A stretch of DNA of 64,000 nucleotides from the NCBI GenBank assembly GCA_035492775.1, contig DATJIW010000078.1, positions 46,318-110,317 on the forward strand, read 5' to 3'. Made by a program: the position numbers and the translations under genes. This document shows, piece by piece, positions 26,347 to 34,483 of the stretch. The notes below the pieces were generated by a model. It did not search any database, had not been told where the DNA came from, and saw nothing but the letters and a program-made list of their open reading frames with translations. Positions within the stretch are counted from its first letter, which is position 1. Every line of letters starts with the position of its first letter. The stretch comes from Vicinamibacterales bacterium. Lineage in GTDB: Bacteria; Acidobacteriota; Vicinamibacteria; Vicinamibacterales; 2-12-FULL-66-21.

Positions 26347-26595
26347 TCAGCGCTCCCGGGGAGGGGTCGTGGGCGGAAGGGTGTACCCGATGAGGCCCTG
26401 CCGAACCTCCTGCATGGCCATGCGTTCGAGCTTGCCGGACGCGCCAGGCTGACGCTCGACCCGCGGCAGCGCGCCGCGACGCAACTGCTTCGCACGCTGC
26501 GCGGCGACATCGACGAAGAGAAATCGGCTCGTGATCGGAGGCGCGGGAACCGGCGGCTCGGCATTGGCCTCGAGCGCATCAGGTGCGTCGGTCAT
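26347..26595 (-). CDS. rpoZ: DNA-directed RNA polymerase subunit omega
   Basis: Start at ATG 26595 (MTDAPDALE...). SRFLFVDVAAQRAKQLRRGALPR...KLERMAMQEVRQGLI fits the omega pattern (RFxLVxxAAxRAxQLxxGA...A..E...G.I). Confidence 0.65.
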   Translation of the reverse strand: MTDAPDALEANAEPPVPAPPITSRFLFVDVAAQRAKQLRRGALPRVERQPGASGKLERMAMQEVRQGLIGYTLPPTTPPRER

Positions 26596-26613
26596 GCCGA
26601 CAGTATAAGCCGC

Positions 26614-26644
26614 AAAAGAAAAGCGGCGCTGACGCGCCGCTTTT
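26614..26644 (-). terminator. Rho-independent terminator downstream of hsp20 (bidirectional-capable)
   Basis: GCGGCGC (26623-29), loop tgac, GCGCCGC (26634-40). Flanked by AAAAGAAAA (26614-22, the U-run on the minus transcript) and TTTT (26641-44). Confidence 0.6.
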
Positions 26645-26647
26645 CTC

Positions 26648-26676
26648 AACTCCCTGCGACCAACTCCCAATTCCAT
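26648..26676. repeat. Degenerate short copy of the CCCAAnT/TTGGGAR heptamer element
   Basis: AACTCCCtgcgaccAACTCCCAATTCCa between the hsp20 stop and its terminator; same heptamer as at 32841, 56115 and 61494. Confidence 0.4.
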
Positions 26677-26723
26677 CGTCCGCGCCCACTTCGCGGACGT
26701 GGACGACGGTACCGGGTTCCGAA

Positions 26724-27155
26724 CTACTGCTGCACTTCGATCTGCTTCGGCTTCGCCTCTTCACGCTGCGGCAGCCGAATGGTGAGCACGCCATCTTTGT
26801 ATGTAGCAGCGATGCGCGAGGCATCGACTGTCGCCGGCAGCGTGAAGGACCGGCTGAACGAACCGTACTGCCGCTCGATGCGATGGAACCGATCCTTCGA
26901 CGTCTCGTGCTCCGACTTCCGCTCACCCTTCAACGTGAGCGTGCCGCTGTCGAACGTGACGGCGATGTCCTCACGCTTCATGTCGGGGAGTTCGGCCTTG
27001 ATCACGAACTCGTGGCCCTCGCTCTCGAACACATCCACCGCAGGCACCCACGACCGGGAGTAGGGCTGGCCGTAGAAGTCCGCGAACATCTGATTCAGAC
27101 GGTCGACTTCCATCGACGCCAGCTCGCGAACAGGATCCCAGCGAACCAGTGTCAT
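26724..27155 (-). CDS. Hsp20/alpha-crystallin small heat-shock protein
   Basis: Start ATG 27155 (MTLVRWDPVREL...) with AGGAGG 8 nt upstream. PAVDVFESEGHEFVIKAELPDMKREDIAVT...GVLTIRLP alpha-crystallin domain. Confidence 0.85.
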   Translation of the reverse strand: MTLVRWDPVRELASMEVDRLNQMFADFYGQPYSRSWVPAVDVFESEGHEFVIKAELPDMKREDIAVTFDSGTLTLKGERKSEHETSKDRFHRIERQYGSFSRSFTLPATVDASRIAATYKDGVLTIRLPQREEAKPKQIEVQQ

Positions 27156-27191
27156 GACGTTGTCCTCCTGGAGAAATGATTTCACGACCTC

Positions 27192-27220
27192 AATATACGA
27201 AATATATTAGTGGCTGTCAA
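27192..27220 (-). promoter_or_regulatory. Near-consensus sigma70-type promoter for hsp20 (TTGACA-N17-TATATT)
   Basis: Minus strand: TTGACA (27220-27215), 17-nt spacer, TATATT (27197-27192), ~35 nt upstream of the SD. Lies in an AT-rich island. Inverted repeat AATATAcgaaaTATATT (27192-27208) overlaps the -10. Confidence 0.55.
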
Positions 27221-27326
27221 GCATATGATCTGCGTAAATTATGCTCATATTTTATCGAGCTCCGACTAGCTCTGCCGTAACGCTTCCCCTGCGCGTCTCA
27301 GCGGCGGGCGCGCTAAAATCACCGGA

Positions 27327-27758
27327 ATGACCCGGATCTTCGTCGAACGGCGGGAATTGCCGGAAGACCTGCAGGCCCTCCTCGATGTCATTTGGAACGA
27401 TGGCGCTCGTGATGCCGCCATCCCGGCGGAGTGCACGCCGCCGCTGGATGTCCTCGAAACGGAAAGTGGCGTCGAAGTCGTCATGGACCTGCCAGGCATT
27501 GCGGCCTCCACCCTGCAGATCGTGTTCAGCAGGAACGTCCTCATCGTCGCCGGGCAGAAACTCCCGGCGCGCGAACATCCGGACGCCGCCTTCCATCTCG
27601 CGGAGCGCGCCTTCGGCCGCTTCGCGCGCGCCGTGCGCCTCGAGGGGGCGTACGATGCGGGCCGCGCCGACGCCTCGCTCGCCGCCGGCGAACTGCGCGT
27701 GCTCCTGCCGCGCATCGACGAGCGGCGGGGACGCGAAATCCGCATTCCGGTCCGTTAG
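27327..27758 (+). CDS. Hsp20/alpha-crystallin small heat-shock protein
   Basis: PPLDVLETESGVEVVMDLPGIAASTLQIVFSRNVLIVAGQK...GELRVLLPRI. First gene of the ymdB-xseAB-ispA-tlyA-nadK string. TAAAAT lies 7 nt upstream of the ATG and no SD is present. Confidence 0.8.
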   Translation: MTRIFVERRELPEDLQALLDVIWNDGARDAAIPAECTPPLDVLETESGVEVVMDLPGIAASTLQIVFSRNVLIVAGQKLPAREHPDAAFHLAERAFGRFARAVRLEGAYDAGRADASLAAGELRVLLPRIDERRGREIRIPVR

Positions 27759-27759
27759 C

Positions 27760-28581
27760 ATGCGCATCCTGTTCATCGGCGACATCTTCGGACGTCCCGG
27801 CCGGGAAATCGTGCGCCGTGCGCTGCCCGCGCTCGTCGAACGCGAGTCGCTCGACTTCGTGATTGCGAACGTCGAGAACGCCGCCGCCGGCTTTGGGATC
27901 ACAGGAGACATCGCCGACACGATCCTCGGCTACGGCGTCGATGCGATGACGACGGGCAATCACGTCTGGGACAAGAAAGAGGTCCTCGAGTACATGCCGC
28001 GCCAGCCGAAGCTGTTGCGGCCCGCGAACTTCCCCGCGGGCGTGCCCGGACGCGGCAGCTATCTCGGACGCACACGCACGGGCGAGCCGATCGCCATCGT
28101 GAATGTCATGGGCCGTATCTTCATGCAGCCGCTCGACGATCCTTTCAGCGTCGTGCTGAAGGAGATCGATGCGTTACGCGCGAAAGCTCGGGTCGTCATC
28201 GTCGATTTCCATGGCGAAGCCACGTCCGAGAAGGTGGCGATGGCGTGGCACCTGGACGGCCGGGTCACGGCCGTGTTCGGGACGCACACCCACGTGCAGA
28301 CCGCCGACGAGCGCATCCTTCCGAAAGGGACCGCGGCCATGACCGACGTCGGCATGACCGGACCGCACGATTCGATCATCGGCGTCGTGACAGAAGCTGC
28401 CCTCGGGCGCTTCCTGACCTCCATGCCGGCGAAATTCGAGCCCGCCACGGGGCCGGGGCGGTTGAACGCCGTGATCGTGACGGCGGACAGGGCCACGGGC
28501 CGCGCCACGGCGATCGAAAGGCTCAATATGTCGGCCGACGAGGTCGATGCGCTGGCCGCCAGCGTACCGGCGGAGCGCTGA
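27760..28581 (+). CDS. ymdB: YmdB-like metallophosphoesterase (2',3'-cyclic-nucleotide 2'-phosphodiesterase family)
   Basis: Start ATG 27760 (MRILFIGDIFGRPGR...); NVENAAAGFGIT, GNHVWDKKE, DFHGEATSEK, GTHTHVQTADERI. Confidence 0.85.
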   Translation: MRILFIGDIFGRPGREIVRRALPALVERESLDFVIANVENAAAGFGITGDIADTILGYGVDAMTTGNHVWDKKEVLEYMPRQPKLLRPANFPAGVPGRGSYLGRTRTGEPIAIVNVMGRIFMQPLDDPFSVVLKEIDALRAKARVVIVDFHGEATSEKVAMAWHLDGRVTAVFGTHTHVQTADERILPKGTAAMTDVGMTGPHDSIIGVVTEAALGRFLTSMPAKFEPATGPGRLNAVIVTADRATGRATAIERLNMSADEVDALAASVPAER

Positions 28582-28583
28582 CG

Positions 28584-30008
28584 ATGGCCGACCTGTTCGA
28601 CATGCCATTCGAAGAGGGCGACCGCTGGCCGCCCGACGACGACCTGCTGCCCGAACCGCCGCGGCGTGCACCGGTCGAGCGCCGCACCGTCACCGTGTCG
28701 GCGCTGACGTCGGCGATCCGCCGTCAGCTCGAAACGGGATTCGGCGACCTGTGGGTCGAGGGAGAGATCTCCAACTGCCGCCTCTGGAACACGGGCATCC
28801 TCTATTTCACGCTGAAGGACGACGGCGCGCAGATCAAGGCCGTCATGTTCCGCACCGCCGTCCGGTATCTCCGGTTCACGCCTGAAGACGGCCTCCACGT
28901 CGTTGCGCGCGGCCGCCTCGGCGTGTACGAACCGAAGGGCGAGTATCAGCTGGTGTGCGAGCACATCGAGCCTCACGGTCTCGGCGCGCTGCAGCTCGCG
29001 TTCGAACAGCTCAAGAGCCGGCTGCAGGCCGAGGGGCTGTTCGCGGCGGATCGCAAACGTCCGCTGCCGGCGTTTCCCAAGCGGATCGGCATCGTCACCT
29101 CGCTCGAGGGTGCCGCGGTGCGCGACATTCTGAAGGTGCTGAGGCGCAGGGCGCCGAATGCGAGCGTCCTCATCCGTCCGGCGCGCGTTCAGGGCGATGG
29201 CGCAGCCGACGAGATCGCGCGGGCGTTGAAGGCGCTGGCCCGCGTCGGCGACGTCGACGTGGTCATCGTCGGCCGCGGCGGCGGATCGGCAGAAGACCTC
29301 TGGGCGTTCAACGAGGAGCGTGTCGCGCGGATGATCGCGGCGTCTCCGGTGCCGGTCATTACCGGGATCGGGCACGAAGTCGATTTCACGATCGCTGACT
29401 TCGTCGCGGATGTTCGCGCTCCCACGCCGTCGGCGGCGGCGGAAATGGTCGTGGCGACGACAAACGAATTCTGCACGCGGATCGATCGGCTGTCCGCGAG
29501 ACTGAGGGCGGCAGTGGGCGCCGACGTGCAGCGCCGCCGCGCGTACGTGCACACTCTCGGCAGCCGGCGCGGTCTCTCGGGCGTGCAGACGCGGGTCGCC
29601 ATGCGCGGGCGGCATACGGCGGAACTGGACCACCAGCTCCGCGTCGCCGTGCTCGCGGCGGTCAACGGCCGCGCGCGGCGGTGGATGGCGCTGCGGCAAC
29701 GGCTCGAACAGCGTGATCTGGCGAGACGGCTCGCCGTCGTTCGAACTCGTCTCACGGAAATCGGTGCGAGACTCGAAGCGTCGGCGCGTCGCACACATCA
29801 TCGCGCGCATGCGTCGCTCCAGGCACTGTCGGGGAGGCTGGATAATCTGAGTCCCCTCGCGGTGCTCGCCCGCGGTTACGCCGTGTGCTGGACGGAAAAC
29901 AAGGAACGGATTTTGCGCCGTGCGGCCGATGCCGCCGAAGGGGACCACGTCAGCGTGACGCTGGCTGAAGGGGAACTGGCGTGCAGGGTCGAACGCCTGC
30001 AGCGATGA
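28584..30008 (+). CDS. xseA: Exodeoxyribonuclease VII large subunit
   Basis: Start ATG 28584. VSALTSAIRRQLETGFGDLWVEGEISNCR (OB fold), IGIVTSLEGAAVRDIL, VIVGRGGGSAEDLWAFNEE. Confidence 0.85.
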   Translation: MADLFDMPFEEGDRWPPDDDLLPEPPRRAPVERRTVTVSALTSAIRRQLETGFGDLWVEGEISNCRLWNTGILYFTLKDDGAQIKAVMFRTAVRYLRFTPEDGLHVVARGRLGVYEPKGEYQLVCEHIEPHGLGALQLAFEQLKSRLQAEGLFAADRKRPLPAFPKRIGIVTSLEGAAVRDILKVLRRRAPNASVLIRPARVQGDGAADEIARALKALARVGDVDVVIVGRGGGSAEDLWAFNEERVARMIAASPVPVITGIGHEVDFTIADFVADVRAPTPSAAAEMVVATTNEFCTRIDRLSARLRAAVGADVQRRRAYVHTLGSRRGLSGVQTRVAMRGRHTAELDHQLRVAVLAAVNGRARRWMALRQRLEQRDLARRLAVVRTRLTEIGARLEASARRTHHRAHASLQALSGRLDNLSPLAVLARGYAVCWTENKERILRRAADAAEGDHVSVTLAEGELACRVERLQR

Positions 30009-30032
30009 GGAGCTCGTTGGATCACCTGTGCC

Positions 30033-30281
30033 ATGGATGCGACCATCAAGGATTTTGAGAGCGCGATCGCGGAACTCGAATCGATCGTGAAGACGCTCGA
30101 GGGCGGCGATCTCGCGTTGGAGAAGTCGCTCGCGCTTTTCGAGCGCGGGGTCCAGCTCTCGCGGTTCTGCCACGCTCAGCTCGAACAGGCGGAACGCCGC
30201 ATCGAGATTCTGACCGATCGCGGCGAGATCAAAGCGGCGCCCGCAACGCTCGGCGCGGACGAGGACGAGCGTCCGCGGTGA
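30033..30281 (+). CDS. xseB: Exodeoxyribonuclease VII small subunit
   Basis: FESAIAELESIVKTLEGGDLALEKSLALFERGVQLSRFCHAQLEQAERRIEIL. Confidence 0.85.
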   Translation: MDATIKDFESAIAELESIVKTLEGGDLALEKSLALFERGVQLSRFCHAQLEQAERRIEILTDRGEIKAAPATLGADEDERPR

Positions 30282-31213
30282 ACGCGGAGCTGCGCGAGTG
30301 GCTCGGCGCTGCGCGGCGGGATGTCGATGCGGCGCTCGCGCGTTACCTGCCGGACGCGCCCGCGTCCCCCCTGCGCGTCTCCGAGTCGATGCGCTACAGC
30401 GTGTTCGCCGGAGGCAAGCGGCTGCGGCCCGTCCTTGCGCTCGCCGCAGCTGAAGCCGTCGCCGCGCACGCCGGCGGCGACGTCAGGCAGGCGCGGGCGC
30501 TCGCTCTGCCTGCCGCGTGTGCGCTGGAACTCGTGCACACGTACTCGCTGATCCACGACGATCTCCCGGCGATGGATGACGACACGCTGCGGCGCGGCCG
30601 TCCGACGAACCACGTCGTGTTCGGCGAGGGCCTTGCCATCCTGGCTGGCGACGCCCTGCTGACGGAGGCGTTCGCGCTGCTCGCGCGCGAACCACAGGAC
30701 GCGCATCGGCATGTCGATGACCTCGCCGCGCGCAAGCTGCACGCGATCCAGACAATTGCCGACGCCGCCGGGGCATGCGGAATGGTGGGCGGCCAGGCGA
30801 TCGATCTCGAGGCGGCGGGTACCGGCGCGGGATTCGACGCCGACGGACTGCGCGCCATGCACGCCCGAAAAACGGGCGCCCTCATTCGTGCGTCTGCGCT
30901 GGCCGGTGCAATCATGGCCGGCGGCAACCCGTCCCTGCTCGACGCGGTGGGGCGGTATGCCGCTGAACTCGGCCTGGCGTTCCAAATCATCGACGACGTC
31001 CTCGACGTCGAAGGGGCGTCGGCGGATCTCGGGAAGACGGCAGGCAAGGACGCCGCCGCCGGCAAACCGACGTACCCGGCGCTCTATGGATTGGAGCAGT
31101 CGCGCCATCTCGCAGCGGAGTGCGTCGATCGCGCGCTTCAGGCGATCGGCGCCGCGGGCATCGCGGGCCAGCTCCCCGCGATCGCGCGGTGGACCGTCGA
31201 TCGAAGCCATTGA
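30278..31213 (+). CDS. ispA: Polyprenyl (farnesyl/geranylgeranyl) diphosphate synthase
   Basis: First Asp-rich motif LIHDDLPAMDDDTLRRGRPT and second motif FQIIDDVLD; GTGA overlap with xseB. Confidence 0.85.
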   Translation: MNAELREWLGAARRDVDAALARYLPDAPASPLRVSESMRYSVFAGGKRLRPVLALAAAEAVAAHAGGDVRQARALALPAACALELVHTYSLIHDDLPAMDDDTLRRGRPTNHVVFGEGLAILAGDALLTEAFALLAREPQDAHRHVDDLAARKLHAIQTIADAAGACGMVGGQAIDLEAAGTGAGFDADGLRAMHARKTGALIRASALAGAIMAGGNPSLLDAVGRYAAELGLAFQIIDDVLDVEGASADLGKTAGKDAAAGKPTYPALYGLEQSRHLAAECVDRALQAIGAAGIAGQLPAIARWTVDRSH

Positions 31214-31956
31214 CGTCGCGAGAACGGCTCGACGTGCTCGTCGTCGAACGCGGATTCGCCGGTTCGCGTGAGCGGGCGAGGGCGCTGATCCTTGCCGGGC
31301 AGGTACGCGTCAACGGCGCCGTCGTATCCAAGGCAGGGACGAGGGTCGACACCAGCGCGGTCATTGATCTCGCGCAGCCGGATCATCCCTACGTCGGCCG
31401 GGGTGGAATCAAGCTCGCGCATGCGCTCGACGCGTTCCAGGTAAATCCGTCGGGGGCCGTCGCGCTGGACGTCGGCGCGTCAACGGGCGGGTTCACTGAC
31501 GTGCTGCTGCGGCGCGGCGCCGCGCACGTCGTGGCGCTCGACGTCGGGCATGGACAGCTCGACTGGAAATTGAGAAACGATCCCCGCGTGACCGTCATCG
31601 AGCGAGTGAATGCCCGCGCGTTGACGGCCGACCAGCTGCCGGCGGCGTTTCGCACGTTCGGTCTGATGACGATGGATCTCTCTTTTATTTCGCTGCGGCA
31701 GGTGCTGCCCGCAGTCGCGCCGCTGCTCGAACCCGGGGGTTCAGCGATTGCGCTCGTGAAGCCGCAGTTCGAGGCGGGCCGCGGCGAGGTCGGCAAGGGT
31801 GGCATCGTCACGGATCCGGCCGTGCAGTCGCGCGTGGTGGAGGATGTGGCCTCCGCGGCCGATAGTCTAGGATTGAGCCGCATCGCGTCCCTGGAATCGC
31901 CGATCACCGGCGCCGAGGGCAACCGCGAATTCTTTCTGCACCTGCGCCGCACATGA
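31210..31956 (+). CDS. tlyA: TlyA-family rRNA (cytidine-2'-O)-methyltransferase
   Basis: S4-like RLDVLVVERGFAGSRERARALILAGQVRVNG; SAM motif LDVGASTGGFTDVLL. Start inferred at TTG 31210, overlapping the ispA TGA. Confidence 0.8.
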   Translation: MTSRERLDVLVVERGFAGSRERARALILAGQVRVNGAVVSKAGTRVDTSAVIDLAQPDHPYVGRGGIKLAHALDAFQVNPSGAVALDVGASTGGFTDVLLRRGAAHVVALDVGHGQLDWKLRNDPRVTVIERVNARALTADQLPAAFRTFGLMTMDLSFISLRQVLPAVAPLLEPGGSAIALVKPQFEAGRGEVGKGGIVTDPAVQSRVVEDVASAADSLGLSRIASLESPITGAEGNREFFLHLRRT

Positions 31957-32831
31957 ACCGAATCTCCAGGGTCGGCCTCGTCGCCAAGCGCCACCTCGAC
32001 GCCGCTGCGGGCGTGCTGGCGGAGCTCGCCGGCTGGCTCGACGCCCGCGGCGTGCGCGCGGTGTTCGAAACGGAAACCGCGCAGCTCGCCGGCGTGCCGT
32101 CCGACTGGCACACCAGCTCACGCGACGATCTGCCCCGCGACTGCGACCTGATCGTCGTGCTGGGCGGCGATGGCACGCTCATCGGCATGGCGGGACGGAT
32201 CGCCAGTGCGGCCGCGTCGGTCCCGATCCTCGGCGTGAATTTCGGCAGCCTCGGATTCCTGACCGAGATCACGCTCGACGAGTTGTTTCCGTCGCTCGAA
32301 TCAGTGCTCAACGGCACCGCCTCAATCGAGCCGCGCGCACTGCTGACGGCGCGCACGATCCGCCAGGAGCAGCCGTTTGCCGAGCACACGGTGCTGAACG
32401 ACATCGTCATAACGAAGGCGGCGCTCTCTCGAATCATCGAGATGACGATCACGGTCGGCGCCGACGCCGTCACCCGTGTCCGCGCGGACGGCCTCATCGT
32501 CGCCACACCCACCGGATCGACGGCCTACAACCTGGCCGCCGGAGGAGCGATCGTGCATCCCGCCGTCGACGCGGTGCTCATCACGCCCATCGCGCCGCAC
32601 ACGCTGGCGAACAGGCCGATAGTCATTCCCGCCAGCTCCGAGGTCCACATCCGGCCGATCATGGAGGCGAACGACGAAGTCTTCGTGACCTTCGATGGTC
32701 AGTCGGGTTTCCCACTCGCCGTCAACGACGTCGTGACGATCCGCCGATCGCGCCAGCCGCTGTATCTCGTCAAATCCGCCAACCGGACCTACTTCGACGT
32801 CCTGCGGCAGAAATTGAAGTGGGGTGGATAG
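31953..32831 (+). CDS. nadK: NAD(+) kinase
   Basis: DLIVVLGGDGTLI, NFGSLGFLTE, ADGLIVATPTGSTAYNLAAGG; ATGA overlap with tlyA. Confidence 0.85.
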   Translation: MNRISRVGLVAKRHLDAAAGVLAELAGWLDARGVRAVFETETAQLAGVPSDWHTSSRDDLPRDCDLIVVLGGDGTLIGMAGRIASAAASVPILGVNFGSLGFLTEITLDELFPSLESVLNGTASIEPRALLTARTIRQEQPFAEHTVLNDIVITKAALSRIIEMTITVGADAVTRVRADGLIVATPTGSTAYNLAAGGAIVHPAVDAVLITPIAPHTLANRPIVIPASSEVHIRPIMEANDEVFVTFDGQSGFPLAVNDVVTIRRSRQPLYLVKSANRTYFDVLRQKLKWGG

Positions 32832-32840
32832 GGAATCGTT

Positions 32841-32964
32841 AATTCCCAACTCCCAACTCCCAACTCCCAATTTCGATAAAGCCCGGTTGGGAGTTCAGTT
32901 GGGAATTGACTAGAAAATTGAGAATGAAATTGGGAATTGGGAGTTGGGAGTTGGGAGTTGGGAC
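32841..32964. repeat. Inverted arrays of heptamer TTGGGAR / YTCCCAA (C-arm 32841-32873, partial 32887-32908, G-arm 32929-32964)
   Basis: Direct reading: aaTTCCCAACTCCCAACTCCCAACTCCCAAttt ... ATTGGGAATTGGGAGTTGGGAGTTGGGAGTTGGGA. Fills the spacer between the nadK stop and the mltG stop. Confidence 0.85.
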
Positions 32965-34008
32965 TTAAGGATTTCCTCCGCCGTCCTTGAGTTTGCGGTC
33001 GCGGAAATACTTCCGCTGAAATTCTTCCACGTTGCGGTTGTGCTCCTCGAGCGTCGAAGCAAACGCATGCGTGCCGTCGTTGCGGCTGACGAAGTACAGG
33101 TACGACACGTCCGCGGGATGCGCGGCGGCTTCGAGCGAGCTGCGTCCCGGATTGGCGATCGGACCGGGCGGCAGGCCGGCATACCGATAGGTGTTGTAGG
33201 GCGAGTCGAACGCGAGGCTCTCTCGGGTGAGATTGCCGTTGTATTGGCCCGCGCGCTCGAGCGCATAGATGACGGTGGGGTCGCACTGCAGTCCCATGCC
33301 GATCTTCAGGCGGTTGGAGTAGACGGCGGCGACGAGCGCGCGCTCGGATGCATCGCCGGTTTCCTTTTCGACGATGGACGCCAGCGTGACCAGCTGCCGC
33401 ACGCCCAGGCCGCGTGAGGCCGCCTGCTCTCGAATCTCCGGCGTGAGCGCCTTCTGAAAGCCCGCTACCATCCGGGCGACGAGCTGGTCGGCGGTCGCGC
33501 GGCGCGGCAACGCATAGGTCTCCGGAAACAGGTAACCTTCGAGGTCTTCCGCCGCGGGATCGATGGACGAAACGAGCGCGGTTTTGTGCGCCGCGGTCAT
33601 GAAGGCGTCAGCCGTGCCGAATCCCTTCTGCTCGTACAAGTCCGCCATCTGGCGCATCGTCAGCCCTTCGGGAAACGTGATCGGCCGCAGGTACACCTCG
33701 CCCCGCGCGATCATGTCGACGACCTGACGGGCGGTCAGCGGACGATCGAACCGGTACTCCCCTGCTTCGAGCCGCCGGCCTTTTCCCGTCAGCCACACGG
33801 CGAGCCGGAAGGTCACCGCATCGCGCACGACTCCCGCCTCCGCCAGACGGCGGCCGATGCCTGCCGGCCCGGCGCCCTGTGGAATCTCCACGAACTGCTC
33901 CGCACTTTCGTAACCTTTATAAGGACGGCTGACCCCCGCGAATAGCCAGACGACGACGCCGGCGGACAGCAGGATCAGAACGAGGCAGACGATAAGAAGG
34001 CGCTTCAA
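32965..34008 (-). CDS. mltG: Endolytic murein transglycosylase (YceG-like)
   Basis: N-terminal TM anchor; ...LASIVEKETG...ERALVAAVYSNRLK..MGLQCDPTVIY...YNTYRYAGLPPGPIANPG are typical MltG motifs. Confidence 0.85.
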   Translation of the reverse strand: MKRLLIVCLVLILLSAGVVVWLFAGVSRPYKGYESAEQFVEIPQGAGPAGIGRRLAEAGVVRDAVTFRLAVWLTGKGRRLEAGEYRFDRPLTARQVVDMIARGEVYLRPITFPEGLTMRQMADLYEQKGFGTADAFMTAAHKTALVSSIDPAAEDLEGYLFPETYALPRRATADQLVARMVAGFQKALTPEIREQAASRGLGVRQLVTLASIVEKETGDASERALVAAVYSNRLKIGMGLQCDPTVIYALERAGQYNGNLTRESLAFDSPYNTYRYAGLPPGPIANPGRSSLEAAAHPADVSYLYFVSRNDGTHAFASTLEEHNRNVEEFQRKYFRDRKLKDGGGNP

Positions 34009-34445
34009 CGCGGGAGACGGTGATCGAGATAGTCCTGCAAGATCAGGGCAGCGGCCATCGCATCGAGCCGGCGCTTGCGTTTCCGCCAGTCGGGCTCGCG
34101 TTCCGCAAGCAGCGCATCCGCCTCGTGGCTCGTCAGGCGTTCGTCCTGCAGGACGACAGGAAGCGCCGTGCGCGAGCCGAGGAGCGTCGACAGCGTGCGT
34201 ACTCGCGCCGTCTGATCGTTCGGCTCACCGTTCAAACGCCGCGGCAGCCCGATGACGATCACGTCGACGTCGTCGCCCTCGTGCGCGAGGCGTGCGAGCT
34301 CGTCTGCAATCTGCGAGGCGACGGCCTCGAGATCGGCGGCGCTCGCGACTGTCTTCCAGGGCGACGCGAGCAGTCCCGTCGGATCCGAGAGCGCGAGGCC
34401 GATCCGCCGTTCTCCATAGTCGATGCCAAGGGCCCGCATCTTCAC
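34005..34445 (-). CDS. ruvX: Holliday-junction resolvase-like RuvX (YqgF)
   Basis: MRALGIDYGERRIGLALSDPTGLLASP...VIGLPRRLNGEPNDQT...DERLTSHEA. Confidence 0.85.
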   Translation of the reverse strand: MKMRALGIDYGERRIGLALSDPTGLLASPWKTVASAADLEAVASQIADELARLAHEGDDVDVIVIGLPRRLNGEPNDQTARVRTLSTLLGSRTALPVVLQDERLTSHEADALLAEREPDWRKRKRRLDAMAAALILQDYLDHRLPR

Positions 34446-34483
34446 AGAGTACTACCAGATCCGGCGGTATAATGCGGCATCCC

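Noticed and set aside
24910-26393. 473-aa and 244-aa plus-strand ORFs in alternate frames of gatA running past its stop
   Set aside because: These are alternate-frame artefacts (Arg/Gly/His-rich). The gatA frame carries the amidase signature, and the region beyond 25983 is better explained by the minus-strand membrane protein and rpoZ.
28059-30173. 704-aa minus-strand ORF
   Set aside because: It is antisense to ymdB/xseA/xseB, which have clear family motifs. It is Arg-rich and low-complexity with no recognisable domain.
32841-32964. Telomere or linear-replicon end, because of TTGGGAR telomere-like heptamers
   Set aside because: The arrays are internal and short (4-5 units), present as inverted pairs, and flanked on both sides by core genes.
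32789-33417. ORFs translating the heptamer arrays (WELGVGSWELG..., SQLPTPNSQF...), also at 56146-56445 and 61415-62074
   Set aside because: The peptide repeats are simply the heptamer DNA repeats read in frame. They have no start context and overlap real genes (mltG, the OM barrel, slt).
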